Shown here: piece after piece, positions 17,737 to 30,451 of the stretch
How the letters are laid out: every line of letters starts with the position of its first letter
How positions within the stretch are numbered: the first letter of the stretch is position 1
Assembly (NCBI RefSeq): GCF_965641715.1
Contig: NZ_OZ282453.1
Source of the DNA: Escherichia coli
GTDB lineage: Bacteria; Pseudomonadota; Gammaproteobacteria; Enterobacterales; Enterobacteriaceae
Length of the DNA: 64,000 nucleotides
Reading direction: 5' to 3' (one strand)
Notes under the pieces: generated by a model
Told to the model about the DNA's origin: nothing
Databases searched by the model: none
Seen by the model: the letters and a program-made list of their open reading frames with translations, nothing else
Translations under genes and position numbers: made by a program

Positions 17737-19239
17737 ATGAGCGAACCCCTGTTAATTGCCCGCACGCCGGACACAGAACTATTTTTACTGCCGGGAATGG
17801 CTAACCGTCACGGGCTGATTACTGGCGCAACGGGGACGGGTAAAACTGTCACGCTGCAAAAACTGGCGGAGTCTCTATCGGAAATCGGTGTTCCGGTGTT
17901 TATGGCTGATGTGAAAGGCGATCTGACCGGTATCGCGCAGGCAGGAACGGCGTCGGAAAAACTGCTCACAAGGCTTAAAAATATCGGCGTCAATGACTGG
18001 CAACCGCATGCCAATCCGGTGGTGGTGTGGGATATCTTTGGCGAGAAAGGCCACCCGGTGCGGGCGACGGTTTCGGATCTGGGGCCGCTGTTGCTGGCGC
18101 GGCTGTTGAATCTCAACGATGTGCAATCTGGCGTGCTGAATATCATCTTCCGCATTGCTGACGATCAGGGGCTGTTACTGCTCGACTTTAAAGATCTGCG
18201 GGCAATTACCCAGTACATCGGCGATAACGCCAAATCCTTCCAGAATCAGTACGGAAATATCAGTAGCGCATCGGTTGGTGCCATCCAGCGCGGGCTGTTG
18301 TCGCTGGAACAGCAAGGCGCAGCACACTTCTTTGGTGAGCCGATGCTGGATATCAAAGACTGGATGCGCACCGATGCCAACGGTAAAGGCGTTATCAATA
18401 TCCTCAGCGCCGAGAAACTTTATCAGATGCCGAAACTGTACGCCGCCAGCCTGCTGTGGATGCTTTCAGAGTTGTATGAACAATTGCCGGAAGCGGGCGA
18501 TCTGGAGAAACCAAAACTGGTGTTTTTCTTCGACGAGGCACATCTGCTGTTTAACGATGCCCCGCAGGTACTGCTGGATAAGATTGAGCAGGTGATAAGG
18601 CTTATTCGCTCAAAAGGCGTGGGCGTCTGGTTCGTTTCGCAAAACCCGTCTGATATTCCAGATAATGTGCTCGGCCAGCTCGGTAATCGCGTTCAACACG
18701 CTTTGCGTGCTTTTACGCCCAAAGATCAGAAAGCGGTAAAAGCTGCGGCGCAAACCATGCGCCCCAACCCTGCATTTGATACGGAAAAGGCAATCCAGGA
18801 ACTGGGGACCGGCGAGGCGTTAATCTCGTTTCTCGATGCAAAAGGAAGTCCTTCTGTGGTGGAACGGGCGATGGTGATTGCGCCTTGTTCGCGGATGGGA
18901 CCGGTGACGGAAGATGAGCGTAATGGCTTGATTAATCACTCTCCGGTGTATGGCAAGTACGAGGATGACGTGGACCGGGAATCCGCCTATGAGATGTTGC
19001 AAAAAGGCTTTCAGGCCAGTAACGAGCAGCAAAATAATCCCCCCGCGAAAGGGAAAGAGGTAGCGGTAGATGACGGCATTCTTGGTGGATTGAAGGATAT
19101 TTTGTTCGGCACTACCGGACCACGCGGCGGGAAGAAAGATGGTGTTGTGCAAACAATGGCGAAAAGCGCCGCCCGCCAGGTGACGAATCAGATTGTACGC
19201 GGGATGTTGGGGAGTTTGCTGGGGGGGAGAAAAAGGTAA
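17737..19239 (+). CDS. yjgR: DUF853-family P-loop ATPase
   Basis: 500 aa; Walker A GATGTGKT, Walker B-like FFFDEAH. Confidence 0.85.
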   Translation: MSEPLLIARTPDTELFLLPGMANRHGLITGATGTGKTVTLQKLAESLSEIGVPVFMADVKGDLTGIAQAGTASEKLLTRLKNIGVNDWQPHANPVVVWDIFGEKGHPVRATVSDLGPLLLARLLNLNDVQSGVLNIIFRIADDQGLLLLDFKDLRAITQYIGDNAKSFQNQYGNISSASVGAIQRGLLSLEQQGAAHFFGEPMLDIKDWMRTDANGKGVINILSAEKLYQMPKLYAASLLWMLSELYEQLPEAGDLEKPKLVFFFDEAHLLFNDAPQVLLDKIEQVIRLIRSKGVGVWFVSQNPSDIPDNVLGQLGNRVQHALRAFTPKDQKAVKAAAQTMRPNPAFDTEKAIQELGTGEALISFLDAKGSPSVVERAMVIAPCSRMGPVTEDERNGLINHSPVYGKYEDDVDRESAYEMLQKGFQASNEQQNNPPAKGKEVAVDDGILGGLKDILFGTTGPRGGKKDGVVQTMAKSAARQVTNQIVRGMLGSLLGGRKR

Positions 19240-19259
19240 GCCAAGTGCGATTTGTCTTT

Positions 19260-19295
19260 GCCTGATGCGACGCTGGCGCGTCTTATCATGCCTAC
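19260..19295. repeat. REP element
   Basis: GCCTGATGCGACGCTGGCGCGTCTTATCATGCCTAC, the classic E. coli REP consensus shape. Confidence 0.8.
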
Positions 19296-19364
19296 ACCAC
19301 TGCAATATATTGGATTTTCATAATTTTTCAGTAATGAACGAAGCACACTTTGCTAATAATAATA

Positions 19365-19384
19365 AAGGGAGCTTTCGCTCCCTT
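19365..19384. terminator. Bidirectional terminator hairpin between yjgR and lptG
   Basis: AAGGGAGC-TTTC-GCTCCCTT flanked by A/T runs. Confidence 0.6.
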
Positions 19385-19399
19385 TATGCGTTCATTAGA

Positions 19400-20482
19400 T
19401 TACGATTTTCTCATTAACAGCCACAGGCTGATTAAGAAGAAGCTGGCGCTTGGCAACAGTGCGCCGATGATCGGCGGGATGCCATAAACCAACGTCAGCG
19501 GGCCGAAGATCTGGTCCAGTACGTAGAAGACAAAACCGAAGCTAATACCGGTGACCACACGCACACCCATCGGTACGCTACGCAGTGGGCCAAAGATGAA
19601 CGACAGCGCCATCAGCATCATCACCGCCACGGATAGCGGCTGGAAGATTTTGCTCCACATGTTGAGCTGATAACGTCCGGCATCCTGACCGCTCGACTTC
19701 AGATACTTCACATAGTTGTGCAAACCGCTGATAGAGAGTGCATCCGGGTCCAGCGCCACCACGCCCAGTTTGTCCGGCGTGAGGTTGGTTTTCCAGGTGC
19801 CGCTCACCGTCTGCGAACCGGTGATCTGTTTCGGATTGGTCAGATCAGATTCATCAACCTGCGACAGACGCCAGACTTTATGTTCCGGGTCAAACTTCGC
19901 GGTAGCGGCATAGCGTACGGATTGCAGACGACGATTCTCGTTAAAGGCATAAATACTGATGCCACCTAACTCTTCGTCACCTTTAACCCGCTCAATGTAG
20001 ACGAAGTTGTTGCCATCTTTCGCCCATAAACCTTGCTGGGTAGAGAGCAACGAGCCGCCGTACATCGCCTGCGCACGGTAGTTACGCGCCATCTGCTCGC
20101 CCTGCGGCGCGACCCATTCACCAATCGCCATCGTCAGTAAGACCAGCGGAATGGCGGTTTTCATCACCGACAGCGCCACCTGCATACGGGTAAAACCAGA
20201 AGCCTGCATCACCACCAGTTCGCTGCGCTGCGCCAGCATCCCAAGACCAAGCAACGCCCCAAGCAGAGCCGCCATCGGGAAGAAGATTTGCACATCTTTC
20301 GGCACGCTCAGCAAGGTATACATTCCTGCGCCTAACGCGTCGTAACTCCCCTGCCCGGCTTTTTTCAGCTGATCGACAAACTTGATAATGCCCGACAGCG
20401 ACACCAGCATGAACAGCGTCATCATGATGGTGGTGAAAATAGTTTTACCGATATAGCGGTCAAGTACGCCAAAAGGTTGCAT
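19400..20482 (-). CDS. lptG: LPS export ABC transporter permease LptG
   Basis: 360 aa starting MQPFGVLDRYIGKT; start overlaps the lptF stop (ATGA). Confidence 0.9.
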   Translation of the reverse strand: MQPFGVLDRYIGKTIFTTIMMTLFMLVSLSGIIKFVDQLKKAGQGSYDALGAGMYTLLSVPKDVQIFFPMAALLGALLGLGMLAQRSELVVMQASGFTRMQVALSVMKTAIPLVLLTMAIGEWVAPQGEQMARNYRAQAMYGGSLLSTQQGLWAKDGNNFVYIERVKGDEELGGISIYAFNENRRLQSVRYAATAKFDPEHKVWRLSQVDESDLTNPKQITGSQTVSGTWKTNLTPDKLGVVALDPDALSISGLHNYVKYLKSSGQDAGRYQLNMWSKIFQPLSVAVMMLMALSFIFGPLRSVPMGVRVVTGISFGFVFYVLDQIFGPLTLVYGIPPIIGALLPSASFFLISLWLLMRKS

Positions 20483-21582
20483 CATACCGCTCCTTTACGC
20501 GAAAAACTGGCGCGCAGGCGGCGGACCGGCACGGTGTCCCAAAGATTGAGAACAATCGCCAAAGCCAGATAAATCAGGTTAACGGTCCACATCCACAGCG
20601 TCGGGTCCAGCTTACCTTTACCGCCGTTCGATTTCAGGGAGGTTTGGATCAGGAAGAAAAGTAGATACAGCAGCATGGCTGGCAGCATCGATAGTACGCG
20701 TCCCTGACGCGGGTTAACCACGCTCAGCGGTACGACCATAAGTGCCATCATAAACACGGTGAATACCAACGTGATACGCCAGTTCAGTTCTGCGCGGGCA
20801 CGATCGGTGTCAGTGTTCCACAATGTACGCATGTCCATCTGGTCGGTATCGTTCGGGTCGAGCGCCACCGCCTGGTGACCAATGATCGCCTGATAATCCT
20901 GGAAGTCCGTAATGCGGAAATCACGTAACAGTGCAGTGCCTTCGAAGCGCGTTCCCTGGTTGAGAGTGACGACCTGGGAGCCGTCGCGCAGCTGGGTTAA
21001 ATGTCCGGAATCGGCCACCACCACAGAAGGACGTGCATTACCTTTTGGTCGAATTTGTGCGAGGAACACATCTTTGAAATCGCTGCCGTCAACGCTTTCG
21101 ATGAACAGCACCGAGCTGCCATTAGTCGCTTGCTGGAATTGCCCTTGCGCCAGCGCCGCCATGCCAGGGTTCGCTTTCGCTTCTGCTAACACTTCATCCT
21201 GATGACGCGATGACCACGGTCCCGCCCACATCACGTTAACCGCCGCGACGATTGCCGTGAATACCGCAAGGATCATTGCCGCTTTCACCAGAACCGCTTT
21301 GCTCAGGCCGCAGGCATGCATTACCGTAATTTCACTTTCGGTATACAGTTTGCCCAGCGTCATCAGCAGCCCGAGGAACAGGCTTAATGGCAGGATAAGC
21401 TGCGCCATTTCCGGCACGCCCAACCCGAGAAGGGAGAGCACCAGATTCGCCGGAATATCGCCGTCAACCGCTGCGCCGAGGATCCTCACTAACTTTTGAC
21501 AGAAGAAGATCAAAAGCAAGATGAAGAGTATCGCCAGCTGGCTTTTGAGCGTCTCCCGCACCAGATATCTTATGATTATCAC
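20482..21582 (-). CDS. lptF: LPS export ABC transporter permease LptF
   Basis: 366 aa starting MIIIRYLVRETLKSQ. Confidence 0.9.
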   Translation of the reverse strand: MIIIRYLVRETLKSQLAILFILLLIFFCQKLVRILGAAVDGDIPANLVLSLLGLGVPEMAQLILPLSLFLGLLMTLGKLYTESEITVMHACGLSKAVLVKAAMILAVFTAIVAAVNVMWAGPWSSRHQDEVLAEAKANPGMAALAQGQFQQATNGSSVLFIESVDGSDFKDVFLAQIRPKGNARPSVVVADSGHLTQLRDGSQVVTLNQGTRFEGTALLRDFRITDFQDYQAIIGHQAVALDPNDTDQMDMRTLWNTDTDRARAELNWRITLVFTVFMMALMVVPLSVVNPRQGRVLSMLPAMLLYLLFFLIQTSLKSNGGKGKLDPTLWMWTVNLIYLALAIVLNLWDTVPVRRLRASFSRKGAV

Positions 21583-21845
21583 TTTAAATACGCCCGTAAA
21601 AACTCGTCTTTTGCAGGATTTTAGCTTGTTTCATGGCTTAAACGTCATTTATTCTCTTGAGTCGTCGAAATCGTCGCTAAGATAATTATACTCAACGGAT
21701 TCACCTCTCAGATTTTGTTCTGACGTGCCAATGCCGTAATAACGTTAAGATTAACACGAAGTCATCGCAACAGCGGACATGAGTTACGAAAGCTTGCAAT
21801 TCTATCTGTAGCCACCGCCGTTGTCTTTAAGATTCAGGAGCGTAG

Positions 21846-23360
<1,515 letters not shown>

Positions 23361-23382
23361 TTGCGTCAGGCAAGGCTGTTAT

Positions 23383-23470
<88 letters not shown>

Positions 23471-23521
23471 CTGCGGTGTATACCTGATGCGTATTTAAAT
23501 CCACCACAAGAAGCCCCATTT

Positions 23522-23965
23522 ATGAAAAACGCGACGTTCTACCTTCTGGACAATGACACCACCGTCGATGGCTTAAGCGCCGTTGAGCAACTGGTGTGTG
23601 AAATTGCCGCAGAACGTTGGCGCAGCGGTAAGCGCGTGCTCATCGCCTGTGAAGATGAAAAGCAGGCTTACCGGCTGGATGAAGCCCTGTGGGCGCGTCC
23701 GGCAGAAAGCTTTGTTCCGCATAATTTAGCGGGAGAAGGACCGCGCGGCGGTGCGCCGGTGGAGATCGCCTGGCCGCAAAAACGCAGCAGCAGCCCGCGC
23801 GATATATTGATTAGTCTGCGAACAAGCTTTGCAGATTTTGCCACCGCTTTCACAGAAGTGGTAGACTTCGTTCCTTATGAAGATTCTCTGAAACAACTGG
23901 CGCGCGAACGCTATAAAGCCTACCGCGTGGCTGGTTTCAACCTGAATACGGCAACCTGGAAATAA
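23522..23965 (+). CDS. holC: DNA polymerase III chi subunit
   Basis: 147 aa starting [14 protein letters not shown]; stop overlaps the valS start. Confidence 0.9.
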
Positions 23966-26820
23966 TGGAAAAGACATATAACCCACAAGATATCGAACAG
24001 CCGCTTTACGAGCACTGGGAAAAGCAGGGCTACTTTAAGCCTAATGGCGATGAAAGCCAGGAAAGTTTCTGCATCATGATCCCGCCGCCGAACGTCACCG
24101 GCAGTTTGCATATGGGTCACGCCTTCCAGCAAACCATCATGGATACCATGATCCGCTATCAGCGCATGCAGGGCAAAAACACCCTGTGGCAGGTCGGTAC
24201 TGACCACGCCGGGATCGCTACCCAGATGGTCGTTGAGCGCAAGATTGCCGCAGAAGAAGGTAAAACCCGTCACGACTACGGCCGCGAAGCTTTCATCGAC
24301 AAAATCTGGGAATGGAAAGCGGAGTCCGGCGGCACCATTACCCGTCAGATGCGCCGTCTCGGCAACTCCGTCGACTGGGAGCGTGAACGCTTCACGATGG
24401 ACGAAGGCCTGTCCAATGCGGTGAAAGAAGTTTTCGTTCGTCTGTATAAAGAAGACCTGATTTACCGTGGCAAACGCCTGGTAAACTGGGATCCGAAACT
24501 GCGCACCGCTATCTCTGACCTGGAAGTGGAAAACCGCGAATCGAAAGGTTCGATGTGGCACATCCGCTATCCGCTGGCTGACGGTGCGAAAACCGCAGAC
24601 GGTAAAGATTATCTGGTGGTCGCGACTACCCGTCCGGAAACCCTGCTGGGCGATACTGGCGTAGCCGTTAACCCGGAAGATCCGCGTTACAAAGATCTGA
24701 TTGGCAAATATGTCATTCTGCCGCTGGTTAACCGTCGTATTCCGATCGTTGGCGACGAACACGCCGACATGGAAAAAGGCACCGGCTGCGTGAAAATCAC
24801 TCCGGCGCACGACTTTAACGACTATGAAGTGGGTAAACGTCACGCGCTGCCGATGATCAACATCCTGACCTTTGACGGCGATATCCGTGAAAGCGCCCAG
24901 GTGTTCGATACCAAAGGTAACGAATCTGACGTTTATTCCAGCGAAATCCCGGCAGAGTTCCAGAAACTCGAGCGTTTTGCTGCACGTAAAGCAGTCGTTG
25001 CTGCGGTTGACGCACTCGGCCTGCTGGAAGAAATTAAACCGCACGACCTGACCGTTCCTTACGGCGACCGTGGCGGCGTGGTTATCGAACCAATGCTGAC
25101 CGACCAGTGGTACGTGCGTGCCGATGTACTGGCGAAACCGGCGGTTGAAGCGGTTGAGAACGGCGACATTCAGTTCGTACCGAAGCAGTACGAAAACATG
25201 TACTTCTCCTGGATGCGCGATATTCAGGACTGGTGTATCTCTCGTCAGCTGTGGTGGGGTCACCGTATCCCGGCATGGTATGACGAAGCGGGTAATGTTT
25301 ATGTTGGCCGCAACGAAGAAGAAGTGCGCAAGGAAAATAACCTCGGTGCCGACGTTGCCCTGCGTCAGGACGAAGACGTTCTCGACACCTGGTTCTCTTC
25401 TGCGCTGTGGACCTTCTCTACCCTAGGCTGGCCGGAAAACACCGACGCACTGCGCCAGTTCCACCCAACCAGCGTGATGGTATCTGGTTTCGACATCATT
25501 TTCTTCTGGATTGCCCGCATGATCATGATGACCATGCACTTCATCAAAGATGAAAATGGCAAACCGCAGGTGCCGTTCCACACCGTTTACATGACCGGCC
25601 TGATTCGTGACGACGAAGGCCAGAAGATGTCCAAATCCAAGGGTAACGTTATTGACCCGCTGGATATGGTTGACGGTATTTCGCTGCCGGAACTGCTGGA
25701 GAAACGTACCGGCAATATGATGCAGCCGCAGCTGGCGGACAAAATCCGTAAGCGCACCGAGAAGCAGTTCCCGAACGGTATTGAGCCACACGGTACTGAC
25801 GCGCTGCGTTTCACCCTGGCGGCACTGGCTTCTACCGGTCGTGACATCAACTGGGATATGAAGCGCCTGGAAGGTTACCGTAACTTCTGTAACAAGCTGT
25901 GGAACGCCAGCCGCTTTGTGCTGATGAACACAGAAGGTCAGGATTGCGGCTTTAACGGCGGTGAAATGACGCTGTCGCTGGCGGATCGCTGGATTCTGGC
26001 GGAGTTCAACCAGACCATCAAAGCGTACCGCGAAGCGCTGGACAGCTTCCGCTTCGATATCGCTGCAGGCATTCTGTATGAGTTCACCTGGAACCAGTTC
26101 TGTGACTGGTATCTGGAGCTGACTAAGCCGGTAATGAACGGTGGCACCGAAGCCGAACTGCGCGGTACTCGCCATACGCTGGTGACTGTACTGGAAGGTC
26201 TGCTGCGCCTCGCGCATCCGATCATTCCGTTCATCACCGAAACCATCTGGCAGCGTGTGAAAGTACTTTGCGGTATCACTGCCGACACCATCATGCTGCA
26301 GCCGTTCCCGCAGTATGATGCGTCTCAGGTTGATGAAGCGGCGCTGGCCGACACCGAGTGGCTGAAACAGGCGATCGTTGCCGTACGTAACATCCGTGCA
26401 GAAATGAATATCGCGCCGGGCAAACCGCTGGAGCTGCTGCTGCGTGGTTGCAGCGCGGATGCAGAACGTCGCGTAAATGAAAACCGTGGCTTCCTGCAAA
26501 CCCTGGCGCGTCTGGAAAGCATCACCGTGCTGCCTGCCGATGACAAAGGTCCGGTTTCCGTTACGAAGATCATCGACGGCGCAGAGCTGCTGATCCCGAT
26601 GGCTGGCCTCATCAACAAAGAAGATGAGCTGGCGCGTCTGGCGAAAGAAGTGGCGAAGATCGAAGGCGAAATCAGCCGTATCGAGAACAAGCTGGCGAAT
26701 GAAGGCTTTGTCGCCCGCGCACCGGAAGCGGTCATCGCGAAAGAGCGTGAGAAGCTGGAAGGCTATGCGGAAGCGAAAGCGAAACTGATTGAACAGCAGG
26801 CTGTTATCGCCGCGCTGTAA
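23965..26820 (+). CDS. valS: Valine--tRNA ligase
   Basis: 951 aa; class I aaRS HIGH (HMGHAF) and KMSKS motifs; C-terminal coiled coil. Confidence 0.95.
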
Positions 26821-26842
26821 TCAAAACACAGTGATGAAAACG

Positions 26843-26870
26843 AAGGCCGGAGCATGCTCCGGCCTTTTTA
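26843..26870. terminator. Bidirectional rho-independent terminator between valS and yjgN
   Basis: GGCCGGAGC-ATG-CTCCGGCC followed by TTTTT. Confidence 0.75.
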
Positions 26871-26874
26871 TCTC

Positions 26875-28071
26875 TTACAGAAATGGTAAAGAAGGCATAA
26901 TTCCCCGTGAAATACTGGCTAAGAAGCCTTTATCTGGTTGTTCTTCTTTATTGATTAAAGGAAGGTCATCCAAATCGCCCAGCAAATACGTATTTTTTGC
27001 CTGCCAGTCAATCATCCATATTTTCAGCAGTGGATAAGCCAGACCGCCCGTAATCCCGGATATCACCACCAACGCACACATGCGATAAAGCATACCGTGG
27101 TATGTTAAAGTTGAGCGAAAACGAATACGCCCATCATTCAGTGACAGGTTGCTCATAAAATGATTTCGCAACGACACCGTTAAATAACTGGTGCTAACAG
27201 CAATCCCAAAATAATAGATTAACTGCGCGATTATCATTTTACGTTGCATTTCCATAAATTGCTGTAAATTCTCAATATCATCATTTGCATACACAGAACT
27301 ATCATACGCATTTAATATTTGATCGAAGATAATATAACCAGCAACAGCGAGAAAAGGTAATAAAGCTAAAAATGCGAGGATGGCATATTTTATACAATAC
27401 GCAGTATCTAATTTCACCTTGAAACGATGTATACCGAAACTGGTATTGCTCCAGAGAAAACTCATTACCAGGCTATATAAAGTACCATTAAAAATACCAA
27501 TGGAAACAATACCAACTATTGCCATCAGAACCACAGATATAATAACACTACTTGAACTATTGGCATGTAGCATCTTTGTCGAGATAAAGAAAACAGTCCC
27601 CATCCCAATGGCCATTAAAATCGGCAAGAAAAAGGTTACCCACCAGAACCTTTTCATAGAGCAATTAAAACTAAATCTTACGCCGTTGAGACTAGTCATC
27701 AAGGCCTGATAACGCAGTCCTTTTGCTGCCATAAATATAAGCAAAACCAACAGTGACAAAGTCAAAACACAGCCAACAAGCGGCATATCTGCTGACACTG
27801 TCATTAAGATTGCGAAATAGAAAAAAACAAAAACAAGACAACTAAAAAAAACATTCCCACCGGTAATCCCATAAGAAAATCGTTGTCCGTTAACTTCCAT
27901 ATTAGCATAGAGATAACGCTTACATTTCATTAATGCCCATGGTAAATAGATACCTAGCGTTATAATCGTTAACAACACATTCACCACACAAATAAGAAAA
28001 TATCTCTCACCTGTACCATGAAAAACAAACGAATGGGACGGAACATCCATTTCATTAATAACTTGAGCCAT
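26875..28071 (-). CDS. yjgN: DUF898-family inner membrane protein
   Basis: 398 aa from MAQVINEMDV; multiple hydrophobic segments; AT-rich. Confidence 0.8.
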   Translation of the reverse strand: MAQVINEMDVPSHSFVFHGTGERYFLICVVNVLLTIITLGIYLPWALMKCKRYLYANMEVNGQRFSYGITGGNVFFSCLVFVFFYFAILMTVSADMPLVGCVLTLSLLVLLIFMAAKGLRYQALMTSLNGVRFSFNCSMKRFWWVTFFLPILMAIGMGTVFFISTKMLHANSSSSVIISVVLMAIVGIVSIGIFNGTLYSLVMSFLWSNTSFGIHRFKVKLDTAYCIKYAILAFLALLPFLAVAGYIIFDQILNAYDSSVYANDDIENLQQFMEMQRKMIIAQLIYYFGIAVSTSYLTVSLRNHFMSNLSLNDGRIRFRSTLTYHGMLYRMCALVVISGITGGLAYPLLKIWMIDWQAKNTYLLGDLDDLPLINKEEQPDKGFLASISRGIMPSLPFL

Positions 28072-28263
28072 AAAAATTCCCTGAATTAAAAAATCCATTG
28101 ATATAATTTATAGATACAGACAGTAAAATGTTCTGCCACGTTACAATACTCTTATCAGTAATAGGCTGGCAAAAACTTTATTGCTTTATAAGACGCTTGC
28201 GCACGTAAGAAGAGAGTGGTATTAAACAAATGTATAATTACTTTATTTTTATTGGGTTAAACT

Positions 28264-28767
28264 ATGAATAACATTGCGCCGCAATCACCTGTAATGCGTC
28301 GCCTGACGCTGCAGGATAATCCTGCTATCGCCCGCGTCATTCGTCAGGTATCCGCCGAATACGGTCTTACCGCTGATAAAGGCTACACCGTCGCCGATCC
28401 GAATCTTGACGAGCTGTATCAAGTGTATAGTCAGCCGGGTCATGCATATTGGGTGGTTGAGTACGAGGGTGAAGTGGTCGGCGGCGGTGGGATTGCGCCA
28501 TTAGCAGGTAGTGAATCGGACATTTGCGAACTGCAAAAGATGTATTTTCTTCCGGCTATTCGCGGTAAAGGGCTGGCAAAAAAACTGGCCTTAAAGGCGA
28601 TGGAGGAGGCAAGAGAAATGGGCTTCAAACGCTGCTATCTGGAAACGACCGCTTTTTTGAAAGAAGCGATTGGTTTGTATGAACATTTAGGTTTTCAACA
28701 TATCGACTATGCACTTGGCTGCACGGGCCATGTTGATTGTGAAGTGCGGATGTTGCGCGAACTCTAA
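28264..28767 (+). CDS. yjgM: GNAT-family N-acetyltransferase
   Basis: 167 aa; acetyl-CoA binding motif region (RGKGLAKKL). Confidence 0.8.
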   Translation: MNNIAPQSPVMRRLTLQDNPAIARVIRQVSAEYGLTADKGYTVADPNLDELYQVYSQPGHAYWVVEYEGEVVGGGGIAPLAGSESDICELQKMYFLPAIRGKGLAKKLALKAMEEAREMGFKRCYLETTAFLKEAIGLYEHLGFQHIDYALGCTGHVDCEVRMLREL

Positions 28768-28812
28768 AAAAATGCCCGCTAGTGTGTGCTATCGGGCATT
28801 TTAATCAATTAA

Positions 28813-29229
28813 TTAGTGGCGAACCCCGTCATCGTCTTCATCGACAAAATCTTCATCGTCGCCGTCTTCGCCGTTGGGATCTTCAAAGTAAGTGCCCCAA
28901 CCGTCGTACTCAACGTCAAATTTCTCCGCCAGCGTCATCAGTTGTTCAACCTGGGCATCGATCAGATCGGCATTCAACGCGCACTCGCTGAGGATGTCGC
29001 AGCAAATCACGATATCACCATCTTCAACTTCCAGCTCTTCTGGATCGGTCACTTCGTAACCGAGTTTAAACGCTTCAACTGCTGCTTTTTCCAGGGTTTC
29101 CAGATCGTCTGCGGAAAGATGGTGTTCGATGGTGTACAGCGCGTCCGGATCGCTGCCATCTTCCAGTAATTCTTCAATAATCAAACGTGTTTCTTCACGC
29201 TGTTCTTCCAGTTGTTCCGGGTTTGCCAT
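28813..29229 (-). CDS. rraB: RNase E inhibitor RraB
   Basis: 138 aa starting [15 protein letters not shown] with acidic C-terminal tail. Confidence 0.88.
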
Positions 29230-29325
29230 GGCTCATTCCTCTTAATGTCCTGCCGATACTCATATTGTCACACACCACTGGCATTGCCTCCACCTTTGTG
29301 ACAAAGATTTATGCTTTAGACTTGC

Positions 29326-29364
29326 AAATGAATAATCATACATATAAATTGAATTTTAATTCAT
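29326..29364. promoter_or_regulatory. ArgR operator (two ARG boxes) in argI promoter
   Basis: AATGAATAATCATACATA and ATTGAATTTTAATTCATT, two 18-bp boxes 3 bp apart, ~27 bp upstream of the argI ATG. Confidence 0.8.
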
Positions 29365-29390
29365 TGAGGCGTTAGCCACAGGAGGGATCT

Positions 29391-30395
29391 ATGTCCGGGT
29401 TTTATCATAAGCATTTCCTGAAATTACTCGATTTCACGCCAGCTGAACTCAACAGCCTGCTGCAGTTAGCCGCGAAGCTGAAAGCCGATAAGAAAAGCGG
29501 CAAAGAAGAAGCCAAACTCACTGGTAAAAACATCGCGCTCATCTTCGAAAAAGACTCGACCCGTACCCGATGCTCTTTCGAAGTTGCCGCATATGACCAG
29601 GGTGCTCGCGTTACTTATCTCGGCCCAAGCGGCAGTCAGATTGGTCATAAAGAGTCGATTAAAGACACTGCCCGCGTGCTGGGTCGCATGTATGACGGTA
29701 TTCAGTATCGCGGCTATGGTCAGGAGATTGTCGAAACACTGGCGGAATACGCTGGCGTGCCGGTATGGAACGGCCTGACCAATGAGTTTCACCCCACGCA
29801 GTTGCTGGCGGATCTCCTCACCATGCAGGAGCATTTACCCGGTAAAGCATTCAACGAAATGACGCTGGTCTATGCAGGTGACGCACGTAACAACATGGGC
29901 AATTCGATGCTCGAAGCTGCGGCGCTTACCGGTCTGGATTTGCGTCTGGTCGCGCCACAGGCATGCTGGCCGGAAGCTGCGCTGGTTACGGAATGCCGCG
30001 CCCTGGCACAGCAAAATGGCGGGGATATTACGCTGACGGAAGATGTAGCCAAAGGAGTTGAAGGTGCTGACTTTATCTATACCGATGTATGGGTGTCGAT
30101 GGGTGAAGCAAAAGAGAAATGGGCTGAACGCATTGCATTGCTGCGTGATTATCAGGTGAACAGCAAGATGATGCAGTTGACCGGTAACCCGGAGGTCAAA
30201 TTCCTCCACTGCCTGCCCGCGTTTCATGACGACCAGACGACGCTTGGTAAGAAAATGGCGGAAGAGTTTGGCCTACATGGCGGAATGGAAGTGACTGATG
30301 AGGTCTTCGAATCTGCCGCCAGCATTGTTTTTGATCAGGCGGAAAACCGTATGCATACCATCAAAGCAGTGATGGTCGCGACGCTCAGTAACTAA
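29391..30395 (+). CDS. argI: Ornithine carbamoyltransferase
   Basis: 334 aa; carbamoyl-phosphate motif STRTR and HCLP motif. Confidence 0.93.
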   Translation: MSGFYHKHFLKLLDFTPAELNSLLQLAAKLKADKKSGKEEAKLTGKNIALIFEKDSTRTRCSFEVAAYDQGARVTYLGPSGSQIGHKESIKDTARVLGRMYDGIQYRGYGQEIVETLAEYAGVPVWNGLTNEFHPTQLLADLLTMQEHLPGKAFNEMTLVYAGDARNNMGNSMLEAAALTGLDLRLVAPQACWPEAALVTECRALAQQNGGDITLTEDVAKGVEGADFIYTDVWVSMGEAKEKWAERIALLRDYQVNSKMMQLTGNPEVKFLHCLPAFHDDQTTLGKKMAEEFGLHGGMEVTDEVFESAASIVFDQAENRMHTIKAVMVATLSN

Positions 30396-30411
30396 TTGAT
30401 ATCGCTATAAA

Positions 30412-30443
30412 GATGCCGGGAAATACAAAACTATCCCGGCATC
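30412..30443. terminator. Bidirectional terminator hairpin between argI and yjgL
   Basis: GATGCCGGGA-N12-TCCCGGCATC, perfect 10-bp stem. Confidence 0.6.
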
Positions 30444-30451
30444 ACATTATT

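Noticed and set aside
23920-26499. Long ORFs antisense to valS (447 aa and 358 aa on the minus strand)
   Set aside because: They lie entirely within the well-supported valS coding frame, have no RBS and no recognisable protein features; typical spurious antisense ORFs in GC-rich coding DNA.
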